Source: Ostrea edulis
Taxonomy: Eukaryota
Direction: 5' to 3'
Assembly: GCF_947568905.1 (NCBI RefSeq)
Contig: NC_079165.1
Location: 11,966,001 to 12,030,000, forward strand
Length of the DNA: 64,000 nt
Part shown: positions 36,901 to 47,930 of the stretch, in pieces
Layout of the letters: each line of letters starts with the position of its first letter
How positions within the stretch are numbered: position 1 is the first letter of the stretch
Notes under the pieces: generated by a model
Databases searched by the model: none
Seen by the model: only the letters and a program-made list of their open reading frames with translations
Told to the model about the DNA's origin: nothing
Program-made: the position numbers and the translations under genes

Positions 36901-38155
36901 GTAAGTATACCGATATAGCAGTGGCGGATCCAGGAATTTTTTTTTAAAGGGGGGGGGGGGGTTCCCATTAATTTTGGTTTTCAGAGGGGGGTCCACTCTC
37001 AAAAAGCGTTATTTTTACCCTTTTAAGCAAATTGTCTTAAGAAAGAGGGGGATGTTACAACCCCCGGATCCCCTCTGGATCCACCACTGTATAGTTCACC
37101 ATAGGCTATAATCAAACGTCTATATCTCGAACTCAGGGGAATACAGTGTTCCTTCGATATAGTGCCCCCCACCCCCCGTTATAATGCCACCCCAGATTAT
37201 TGCCTGAAAATCCCAAAGAACAAATTCCTCCCCATGTTAACACCCCTGTTATAACCCCCCCCCCCCTCCCGCATAATGCCGCTTGCCACTGGTTTTCACT
37301 CACAGATGGTCTAATCTTGGAGGGTTTACCCTTTATAATAATGTCAATTTCCCAACACTCATCATTAATAACACCTGTATTCTGAGAGCAGTGCGGTGAA
37401 GTGTGACGTTCTGGACACAGGCAATTGCATCGCTTGGGGTCGAATTTACTATATAAAGAGTACTCTTTATATAGTGAATTCGACCCCAAGCGATGCAATT
37501 GCCTGTGGTTCTGGACAAGGTATTCAAGTGATTAGGTTAATTACAAATAAATGTTGAATTAAATTCAAGATTATATATCTTACTGTTTATACAGAATGGA
37601 ACCCAAAAACATTTACATAACTGAATTTCTTTTGACTGCTCAATGAATTGTCTTTAACGGTGAATTCGCTATATTGCCACCCCCGCTTTATTGCCCAAAT
37701 TGGTTTTGAACAAACGTTGGTAATATATCGAGGGAGCACTGTACATACATAAATAACATAAATATGCGGGACATCGTATTTAAAGTAAACGAGAATACAA
37801 AGCTCTGTTTAAAAGTACACGTTCGGCATAGTTTTTCAAATCATTTTATATATACATGTATATATTTTGTAATTATTTTCAAGTTACAAAGAGGAATTGA
37901 CTAGAGAGACCCTTGTGAAGCGCTACCCTGGATATTTTTGGACACGGGAAGAGTACCTCCACTATTCTAGACTTCTAAATAGCAGTATGAAGGACACTAC
38001 TGTTCACGAATACTTCCTGAAATTCTGTAACACAGACTGTCCCAAACGACCGTGGTATTCAAAGTCCACAGGCAGGAGGAGACGAGACGCTGGTGTCATC
38101 AGCAGCGGTAACGTATACCACGGATGTTGCTTATCGTAAGTTAATTATTCGAGCT

Positions 38156-38202
<47 letters not shown>

Positions 38203-39169
38203 AGAATTCAACCAGGTTTTTTTGTATTAAACAGCGACACGTACTACACATCACCACTTCAACAGGTGAACGAGAACGGTGTGAACAGGAACCTATTTCA
38301 TCTTCTACCGGACGCTCAGCAGTTCTTCAAAGTCTCCTCGTGCATGTATGATATGTAATAATCTCGGGCATATGCTCCCCCCCCCCCCTTGTATCTCCAA
38401 ACAAAATCAATGTTGGGAGATTTATGATTCTAAGCATGTTTTTCAAGTGGTATTCATGTAACACAGGCACTTGACTTTTTTTTTTTTTTTTTAAACTGCA
38501 TGTATACACATGTATAATAAAAAAAAATATCTTCCTGTAAACAAACTGAATAGTTTGTATACAGGAAGACAATTTATTGAAAATGTCGATAGCCTGTGTC
38601 TTGCACATCCTCTAGTTACAGTTTATATTGCACTTTAAGCAGTAACAAGTCGTTAAATTAGACTTTTGTCATACTTTGATGAGAAAATACAGACACGGGG
38701 AAACAGCTAACCCTGTAGTCAGGTGCTTGTGGTGGCAGTGTTCAAGACTTTGTATTTTAACAGTTGTCGTGATAAGACCATATAATACATGTGCTCTTCG
38801 CTCCTGGTTCTTTCCCAGGTTTTTTGTCTTCTGTTTCCATGGAAAATCACGAAGTTATAAATCATTGTTATGGCTAGATTATAATTAGAGCCTATTCACT
38901 TCAATTTCACGGTTTTATAATCTATAGTGATAACAGTAAAAATTAAACTGTAGCGAAAATAAAGTCTTGAGCGTTATAATACGTTGAAACTCTTGCATTT
39001 TAGTGAGAACGTAAAATGTACCGGTTGCCACTGTATGTATGAGGAGGAACTACATTCCGTTGTGGTCGTTAAGGCAGGGATTAGCTTTACTGACGCCACC
39101 ATGGACGATCTGGAAATAGACGTGCTGACGTTTAATGGATGCTGCAAGTGCGTGAATGACGGAACATAG
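33963..39169 (+). CDS. Spaetzle/neurotrophin-like cystine-knot precursor with N-terminal signal anchor (222 aa, 6 coding exons, manually assembled)
   Basis: join(33963..33977,34189..34242,36830..36900,37884..38135,38235..38345,39004..39169) = 669 nt, all GT-AG and phase-consistent. Product: MATTPKPEGTIRDTYRCALIKVLVFMTVFSAIVGMALLVYVIYDKFIYKEELTRETLVKRYPGYFWTREEYLHYSRLLNSSMKDTTVHEYFLKFCNTDCPKRPWYSKSTGRRRRDAGVISSGNVYHGCCLSDTYYTSPLQQVNENGVNRNLFHLLPDAQQFFKVSSCIENVKCTGCHCMYEEELHSVVVVKAGISFTDATMDDLEIDVLTFNGCCKCVNDGT*. The terminal CCKC and the Cys spacing resemble Spaetzle C-106. The first two small exons are less certain. Confidence 0.75.
34490..34950 (+). mobile_element. Penelope-like retroelement RT C-terminal fragment (different lineage from 30290-31710)
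   Basis: YPSELEIKDTTESSTSASYLDVLL...YDK.DD...VNF...SNIPLSPAYGV..S.LIR, frameshifted. It is followed by ACCTGATCAAGAGATAGGGCTCACAGCGGGTG, which also occurs inverted at 46630-46665. Confidence 0.7.
35665..36520. repeat. 36-bp minisatellite, ~23 copies, in intron 2 of the Spaetzle-like gene
   Basis: Unit CAGTCACATCCTCACAATGTCAAGGTTTTGTGTAGA with variant copies. Confidence 0.95.
36919..37089. mobile_element. MITE with CAGTGGCGGATCCAG TIRs and 5-bp TSD
   Basis: TATAG|CAGTGGCGGATCCAG ... CTGGATCCACCACTG|TATAG. Confidence 0.8.
37144..37741. mobile_element. Tc1/mariner-type MITE (TA TSD)
   Basis: TA|CAGTGTTCCTTCGATATA ... TATATCGAGGGAGCACTG|TA. Confidence 0.75.
37416..37507. mobile_element. 92-bp fully palindromic mini-element with 8-bp TSD
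   Basis: The 46-bp arms have one mismatch and no loop (centre GAGTACTC). GTTCTGGA flanks both sides (37408-37415 and 37508-37515). Confidence 0.88.
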
Positions 39170-39365
39170 TGGTCTCTTGGCGGCGCAAATGAAATTCGGT
39201 ACTTCCAGAAACGTTTCCATTTGTGCCCTAACGCTTTCTATGTGAACTGCACAGGATACACACAGCTTTACGCGTGTGACTCGAAATCTTCTCTGCATTT
39301 TGGATTGGGGTCAAGTTTAAGATGTAAAATTCCAGGAGAGATAAGTTGTATTGTATGAAAATTTC

Positions 39366-39460
39366 CACAGGGGCTAAGCCCGTTTTGGGCCCGAACTCTG
39401 TGATACCATATATTTATGGCATCACAAGAGTTCGGGCCCAAAACGGGCTTAGCCCCTGTG
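39366..39460. mobile_element. 95-bp palindromic mini-element with 8-bp TSD
   Basis: CACAGGGGCTAAGCCCGTTTTGGGCCCGAACTC...GAGTTCGGGCCCAAAACGGGCTTAGCCCCTGTG. AAAATTTC flanks both sides (39358-39365 and 39461-39468). Confidence 0.88.
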
Positions 39461-41743
39461 AAAATTTCTAATATATACCCTCTATAAGATTCTGTTTTTA
39501 GAAGATACGGTATCGTGATCTGGTTAACTTTACACGTTTTAAGATTACTGAGTGAAATGTGCATGTGTTACATTTTCATGAAAATTGCATTTTATAGTAT
39601 TTATTACTGAGGGCAATCGCACTCCCGTATGACGAGTTATTTGGCGTATTAGTAAGGCTGTCTTTTTAAAACAATTTGGGAGGGGGGGCTAATATTTCAA
39701 ATTCTTCTTTTTTATACTTAGTCCAGGGTGTCAAGCCACTTTTGGTCCTAAAGATGTAGGATTATAGGATTTTATTTTTTTTGCAGTTTATAGGGCAAAT
39801 AAAGGGATTTTTACAGCAGATTTATGGAAATAAATAGGGTTTTTTTTTATTTAAAAATTTTGTATAAAAGTGGATTGTTTCTGCATGAAAATCTAGCAAG
39901 CATAGTATCTTACTGGAGAAGAAATAACATTAAACATAAACAAAGACAAAAAACTCTTCAGATGTGGACAGTTCCCCCATCCAATAGACAGTTCTTATAC
40001 AATCATCATAGTTATTCTCTTCATAACAATCTTAAATATCAATCTAGCACCAGCTCCTAGATTTTGTGGGGTTTTCATTCTTCTTTTTTTTTTTTAATCA
40101 TTTTTGAAAATAGGACTGTCATTTTTTTTTTATATATATAGGGCTTTTTATGGATTTTAATGACTTATAGGGAAAATATAGGAACCTTCAAATTTATAGG
40201 AATAAATAGGGACTTGACACCCTGTTAGTCTTCTCGTCCGTTGATTTACTTTCCGGTTGTATTTTTATTTTTATTAGCGTATTTACAGACTGACCACTGC
40301 AAACTCTTTTATTGTATATGTGTACATACTTGTGATAAAGTTTTAAAGAAAGGTTAAAGTGGCAGTATGTTTATGTGAGGCTTGAGTTTTAATTACATAT
40401 ATTCAGAATTAAGTGTGCATTAGTAACAATAAAAACTTATTCATCATAAATGTATTACACGGTGTTGATGTTAAAGCTGTAAACGACGGTATTTTTTTTC
40501 TTTCAATTATCCAATTATGCACCAAATAATACCTATCAGTACAACTAATATAATCCCCCAAGATCTGAAGAAAAATTCAACAAAAATGAACAAGCGAATA
40601 CTATTTGAGAGCATACCTACAATGAGCGTTTCGTATAAACCGCCATTGTGTCGTATACACGGACATGGGAACGAGGATTGACGACATCAAGCTGACATTT
40701 CGAACATCACTTGGTGAAAAATAGAATGATGCAATATTAAACCGAATACTAAGAGTGCAACACCTTTACGATGGTTTTCCCCGTGCTGACTTCTCGCGTT
40801 GGAAAGTAAGACAGTTGATACACCAAATGTTGATACGTTTGAAATAAAAATGTTTGAAACAAGGATGGGAATACAAAGACGTGAATTAAAGTAGCAAATT
40901 TATTTCAACAACGAAACATCTCAGAGGTTGATACACGTATTTCAACGTTAATTCCATGTTGAATCTTGACCCCCCTCCCCCCTTTTTTTTAAACTTCGCT
41001 TGGTCATTTTTTGCAAAAATTTATGGAGATTTTGAATTCTAATACAAAAATTCCATTAAATGCTTTTTGTATCAATATGTTCATCGAAACTATTCTTTAA
41101 GTCTTTTTTACAATTTAAAAAAAAACCAAAAACACGTTATTTCATAGTTTCTTCTACAAGAAAAAAAAATCAAAAGTATATTTTATATTTGCGTTGCTAC
41201 CTCTATATCATCAACTTCCGTCCCAGAACATTGTACGTTAGCGAGAGGGCGTAATAATGAATAATGCTATCTAACCGATTAATATGTTATTCAGTGTAAT
41301 CGGTACCATTAATTACATTAAGTTTGAATAAATAAAATGGACATCTCATTAGCAATATTTACAGTATTCAATCCAACAACACAGATGTTATATAGGAAAT
41401 ATCACATGCTGATTCAAAAATATACACAGGCTAAAAGAGCAACCTGGAGATATATTGCCCGTTAATAACCGTTATGAAATCATATAAAACCGAGTTCTCT
41501 CCACATCACAGAAATAAACTGCTTCGATTGTTAGCTCAGAGCTTGAAGGAAAACTCTACTTAAAAGTCAATGTGATTAAAATAAGACTTTTATATCCCAC
41601 TCCCCTATAAAAGCGAAAATTACATTTTATGCTTCGCAGTTGAATCGATGATATAATCCATCTCCTTTCTTTATGACCGTGGAAGACAAGACTCCAATCT
41701 CATGCTTTCGATCTCAGTTATGACATTAACACAAAATACATCT

Positions 41744-42736
41744 CTACACAGATATTATAAGCGAAAGAAAAACATAATCCAATATCTGTGTTATTAACGA
41801 TTTCGTTCGCCAAGGCGATGCTGTCCCAGAAGCCACGTGAATGTTACATTTGTCCCGCTGGCAGCAATAGACACAGATCCAGTCGGAACTGACGAAACGA
41901 CACGAGTTGTCGTACTCCTGTTTCTGAAGGTGACATGACACGTTTGTTGTGCAAGATTTCAGTATGGAAAGCTTCTCTGACACGTCTGGAAATAAAAGTT
42001 AATCTGTACTGTACATACTCATTCCAATAAGTACTTCTAGACTTCAAATTACTCTGTCAGTAGTTCTTCACACAGGACCCCGGTGGTTGATTATTACAAT
42101 TAATAATCCAAATATGAAGTATAGTAATAGAAAATAAAAACCGTATGTTCACTTTTAGCTCTGATTTTCTTTAAATTCAATGCTACGTCATTTCAATTTT
42201 TCTTCGTTATATTATCTTAATTTTCCAAGTTCTACACCCACCCCACCAACACCATACAAGCGCAATATCAAAATCGACAAGTTTGACGGTCGGGGGCATA
42301 GTGTTTCACATCTTGTACTTAAATGCAATGGACTCGAATAATGAAACTATCCTTATTAAAGCGTAGAGCGTAGGTTTTTAAAAAATGTTTTGAATAGATG
42401 AATCGTTCCAAAAAGTTGGGGCTTCTTACATGTTGAACATTGTAAATTTCTCAAGTAAATTAATCAAGGTGAAGAACATTATGTACAAGCCTGTTTTTCA
42501 TTTACCTGAGTATGACGTAATGGTTTGGCAGGTGTCCATACCTTGACCACACAGCTGAAGGTTGTAGTCATCTATACAGTGTATGTTAGTCTCCTCGTTA
42601 GTACACTCGTAACAGCTCAGAGACTGCCCTTCTCCTGGGAATATTGTGAAATATTAGATCTCTAATGGGGAAAACAAATCTTGTTTAAATAGAGGGCTTT
42701 TGCTATTATTTCTCCTGGGGCTTAAAGATTTATACA

Positions 42737-42778
<42 letters not shown>

Positions 42779-45570
42779 TTGAACGTTTACTGAGTAATAC
42801 AGAGTACAAAGGTATATTTTGAATTTTCATTTGTTTTGTTTTTGTAATATTTAAATGTTCATTACCAAATTAGGGCCCTAATGGGCATGAGATATAAATG
42901 TAAAGAGACATATATTGCTAGTACTAGGGGCATTTGAGCTGAACATGTTCTCAAATTTTATTTTTCAAATTTTAATGTTTACAACGCTTAACTAGCGGTC
43001 AGCAAAAATTTGAATGTCAGTTGTCAGTTACAAGAGAGATACAGAGCTCACATTTCTTTGTCATGTAAACAAGGCTCATGCCCTGTTTTTGTTTACATGT
43101 ATAGAGGTTAAATATACTAGAAAAAGGTTTGTTTAAAGCAGGTTTTTTTTTCAATTTACAAGTTCATTTTTATCACATTTAAACAGTGTCTAGTGTTTGT
43201 CACATCTCATTTTGTTTAAAACGTGGTATTTTCTATGAAGCAATCTCTATCAATGATTGATTGTAACGTCCCTATCGAGGATTTTTTCCCTCATATGGAG
43301 ACTCATTGTAAATAAAAACATGGCATGAGCCTTGTTTACATAACAAAGAATTGTGAGCGCTGTATCTCACTTGCAACTCAAAAACTGACATTCCAAATGT
43401 TGCTGACCATTAAGAATACCTTAGTTAATCATTGTAAACATTAAAAATGTGGAAAATAGAATTTGAAAATTCTCAGCTCAAATCGTGTCCACGCCCCTTT
43501 AAGAGTTCATGTAGTATACACACTGTAACCATCCTAGACAGAGGAAAGTGCTGTATAAAATAGGCTACAGAGACATAAATACGTGTATGTAAAGCGTTCG
43601 GAGTAAACAGCCTTTGTAATGATTATAAAAATAAACAAAGTAGCTCAATAATATAATCTAACTAATCACAATATACTCATTATATATTATTACTGATGGT
43701 AAGTTTGTTAGTTGAGATATGGTTTCAGGGAATCTTCGAAGTTTAAGAAAGCTTTTGAGGGCATATTGTTAGTTGAGTTAGAATTTTTGAGAGAATATTG
43801 TTATAGTGTTAGTGAGTCAGATGTTTTGAGAACATATTTTAATTGAGTTAGATGTTTTGAGAGCATGTTGTTAGTTGAGTCAGATGTTTTGAGAGCATGT
43901 TTTAGTTGAGTTAGATGTTTTAAGAGCATATTAGTTGAATAAGATGTTTCGGTAGCATGACGTTAGTGGGGTCAGATTTTGTGAGAGCATGTTGTTGGTT
44001 GAGTCAGATGTTTTGAGAGCGTGTTGTTGGTTGGGTTAGATGTTTTATAAGCATGTTCTTAGCTAGATTAGAGGTTGTGAGAGCATATTGTTAGTTATGT
44101 TTTTGGGAACATGTTGTCAGTTGAATCAGGTGTTTTGAGAGCATGTTGTTAGTTGTCAGATGTTTTCAGAACATTTTCTTAATTGAGGTAGATGTTTTGA
44201 AAGCATATTAGTTGAATAAGTTGTTTTGGGAGCATGTTGTTAGTTGGGTCAGACTTTTGAGAATGTTTTGTTAGTTGGCAGATGTGTTTGAGAGCATGTT
44301 GTTAGTTGAAAAAATGTTTAGAGAACATGTTGTTAGTTGAAAAAATGTTTAGAGAGCATGTTGTTAGTTGAAATAAATGTTTTGAGAGCATGTTGTAAGT
44401 TGAGGTGGATGTTTTGAGAGCATGTTGTTAGTTGAAATAAATGTTTAGAGAGCATGTTGTTAGTTGAAATAAATGTTTTGAGAGCATGTTGTTAGTTGAG
44501 ATAGTTGTTTTGAGAGCATGTTGTTAGTTGAGATAGATGTTTTGAGAGCATGTTGTTAGTTGAGATAGATGTTTTGAGAGCATGTTGTTAGTTGAGTCAA
44601 TGTTGAGAGCTAGCATGTTAGTTGAGATAGATGTTTTGAGAACGTGTTATTAGTTGAGGTAGATGGGCAGGCTGGGTTCTTGAGTAGCATTCGAACGGGA
44701 AATCAAGAGGGACCACTTTGTACATTAAAGTACATGTATTACAAATCAAATTCAGAGTAAAACACCAAGCAGTTCTAACGCTGATGGAGGAATAGAAGAC
44801 GAGATTCTCAAAGTGCATTAAATAGGTTCATGTTTTAGAATGTTTGTTATCAAATGTTTACAGAGTTAATGTAAGATGATGGAGGCCGTAATGGAAGTTC
44901 CATTTGATAGATATGTATCTCTGGAATATAAAACAGGGCCGTAACTGCCGATGAGGCAGACGAGGCAACTGCCTCGTCTGATTTTTTGGCAAAAAAGAAA
45001 ATAAAATTATATAAATGTTATATTATAGGATATATGTTTAAAATGAAGACAAGCACCTTTGTCTTTGACACCATATTACGATTCTTTACATAGTACAAAT
45101 GAAACACAAACATGATAAATTGGGATTTAAAAAGTGTCATTTTCAGTCGTAAAGTCAATCGGCGGCCCCCAATCCCCTGCCTCCCCTGATTTAGAACCCT
45201 ACTTACGGCCCTGTAAAACAAAGCTTATATCGCTTACTCAAGTCTAGACAAATGAATCTGAGAATTTCCTTTTGTAATGACACAAATTTCAAGTACATAT
45301 TTCTTCTTAAATAAAAAGAAAACAGTTACTTAGAATTTCAGCGATACCTATATTGGTTCCCATATCTTATCTGCATACAGATCGAAAATTATTCATTCAA
45401 GTCGATACATCTTGCAATTTTACAATCATCGGTCTATATTCTAACATGCAAACTTCATTAATTAATTTCTGTTTCACTCAAAATTCTAAAATACAAAGTG
45501 AATATGACCCCTTACCTGGGATAAGAAGAACATGAACAACAATCGTAACAGAGAGGTGAAAATATCGCAT
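41744..45570 (-). CDS. Ly6/uPAR (three-finger, LU-domain) GPI-anchored protein (141 aa, 3 coding exons)
   Basis: complement(join(41744..41985,42506..42634,45516..45570)) = 426 nt, phase 1-1 junctions. Product: MRYFHLSVTIVVHVLLIPGEGQSLSCYECTNEETNIHCIDDYNLQLCGQGMDTCQTITSYSDVSEKLSILKSCTTNVSCHLQKQEYDNSCRFVSSDWICVYCCQRDKCNIHVASGTASPWRTKSLITQILDYVFLSLIISV*. It has a signal peptide, an LxCYxC start, a CC...CN end and a hydrophobic tail. Confidence 0.88.
42920..43500. mobile_element. MITE with long (~200-bp) imperfect inverted arms
   Basis: 42975-43100 (...GATACAGAGCTCACATTTCTTTGTCATGTAAACAAGGCTCATGCC) is the inverse of 43310-43440. The right end is GTGTCCACGCCCCT|TTAA. Confidence 0.7.
43770..44660. 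repeat. ~32-bp minisatellite, ~27 degenerate copies
   Basis: Unit GAGAGCATGTTGTTAGTTGAGTTAGATGTTTT. Copies are more homogeneous toward the right end. Confidence 0.92.
44934..45213. mobile_element. MITE with CAGGGCCGTAA TIRs and 5-bp TSD
   Basis: TAAAA|CAGGGCCGTAA ... TTACGGCCCTG|TAAAA. Confidence 0.75.
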
Positions 45571-46469
45571 CCTCCTTTATCAGCACGGTCTAGGATCCAG
45601 AGCGGTTTTAATTTTCATTTACGAAAAAGGATGAACCGTTCTCTTCCCCAATCACATTTTGCCACAGTTGCTGTCTAAACATTCGCCTTAATTGAATCTA
45701 TCGATTAACACTTTGATTTGTATTATTTTAGCTCAGCGATCAATATAGAAAGAAAATAATGCTACGGTATTCGACCGTGTTTGAATATGAAATAAACGGC
45801 GAATCAATAGCGAACTGGACTCTTTAACTACTTCAGTGTACACACAACAGGAATAATTCATTGGTCCGGACTGTTGATGGTCAGCGGTAAGTCGGAGTCA
45901 GGTCAGCTCTGATGTTCAGCAGCGGGTCGGTGTAGCGTGTTCATTCCAACCATTAATATGACAGTACATGAAGTAAACTTAATCTGTAAATAAAGATTCT
46001 GTAGGTCAGAGGTCATATATATATGCAATTTCCAAGTATATATATATATATATATATACACGCACACACACCTATGTATAATGCAGTTCCAAAGTATATC
46101 CAAATCGCTAGCGCTTACTGGATTTTAACATTCAACCTCAGGTGAATACAAATTGAATATGTATACATGAAGTATATAAAAATAAATGAATAAATCATAA
46201 AAGAAAGGGAGAGAATTTGTAAACTTCAAATTAAATCAGTATTGATTCAGGACCTATGAATGAACATGCTCAACTTTATCCGTGATTCAGAAAAAAATGT
46301 GCGAGTTGTTAAATTGTCTATATCGTACCAGTTGATTCTCGGTGGATACATCTGTGGTTCCGGGCGCTATATAATTCATGTATTGCACTAAATTAAAATT
46401 TCATTGATAAAAATAAATGTAGCCATGCTTAATCAGTTACAGTATCGGTCCTTTGAAGACTAACGATCT

Positions 46470-46690
46470 ACATTAGAATTACCTTTTACCAATGTAAGGT
46501 GAAGATAACGAACAGTGATCAATCTCATAACTCCTATAAGCAATACAAAATATATAGTTGGGCAAACACGGACCCCTGGACACAGCAGAGGTGGGATCAG
46601 GTGCCTAGGAGGAATAAGCATCCCCTGTTGACCGGTCACACCCGCCGTGAGCCCTATATCCTGATCAGGTAAACGGAATTATTCGCAGTC
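46470..46690 (-). mobile_element. dispersed retroelement-associated repeat fragment
   Basis: Reverse complement of the CCTGATCAAGATATAGGGCTCACGGCGGGTGTGACCGG...GGATGCTT.TTCCTCCTAGGCACCTGATCCCACC family also seen at ~34900. Confidence 0.6.
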
Positions 46691-46921
46691 AAAATAAAAT
46701 GTTTGTAGGTGCAATGACAAGCGATTGCATGAAAATGTGGATTTCCCCCCACCAACATGAAATCGAATATTTTTTAGAAGTTGTCTATACTATGAACTTA
46801 TGATATATTTAAAATTAGGCATTCCATGTTGTCATTTACATAAGTATCTGGAATTACACTATATGTATACGTGTATTGACGTATAAAAATATCGCAAAGA
46901 ATTTTCTCAACAAACCTCCAC

Positions 46922-46974
<53 letters not shown>

Positions 46975-47721
46975 CCTAGCCACAGTTTTATTTATTTTTT
47001 GGCTGTCTTGGATTCAAGTGTACTTTTATACAAACCCAAATATCCGTGGGTTTACTACTTATCGCTTCCCCCAGACAATGCAGTGAAACTTATCGATTGT
47101 CTTCGGAATGAAGATAATGCTGCAATACTTAGATCAGCACGTATTACGACAGCTGTTCGTCAGAGAAATTCTAGGCTGTTTCAAATAAACTTTAATATTA
47201 TCAGACTGGTTCGATGAACACAAGTCCTTCACATCATTTTATTATGGTTAAGGTGGCCTTAACTTAGTTGCCCCTGACCCGCCACATCATGATCACCCCC
47301 TCGCTTCATACCAGTAAGACAGCCGTGACGTCGCCTCTGTTATGAAATTTAATATCGAGAATAGAATATGCAGAAATGAACATGATTTATTAATTATTGA
47401 GAATAAATCGCCCCGACACCAAGGATACAATTATTGAAAATAAGTTATAATTTTGTTCTAGAGCAATAATGATAGCGAGTTATTATAATACCGGGGTTAC
47501 AGGCTGGTATAATTACACGCTTCATATATTCATGCAATGATGATAAGCAGAAAGTAAAGTGAACAAAGTGATAGTATATCAGGGTTTTTTTTTTCTCTCT
47601 GTCCGTTCTTTGTGAGAACATACACATGAACAAGTTTGAACGCATTTAAGAGTGTTTGAAAACAAGCTTGTTAGTTCTTGGTTCCATTTACATGTAATGT
47701 GAGAGGCTACACAGTCCATGA

Positions 47722-47930
47722 AGAACAAATCACGGCTATTGAGGGGGTCAGGGACAAATCACGGCTACTGAGGTGGTCAGGAACAAATCACGACTACTGA
47801 GGTGGTCAGGGACAAATCACGGCTACTGAGGTGGTCAGGGACAAATCACGGCTACTGAGTTGGTCAGGAACAAATCACGGCTACTGAGGTGTTCAGGGAC
47901 ATATCACGGCTACTGAGGTGGTCAGGAACT
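47722..47930. repeat. 30-bp minisatellite, ~7 copies
   Basis: Unit ACAAATCACGGCTACTGAGGTGGTCAGGGA. Confidence 0.92.
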
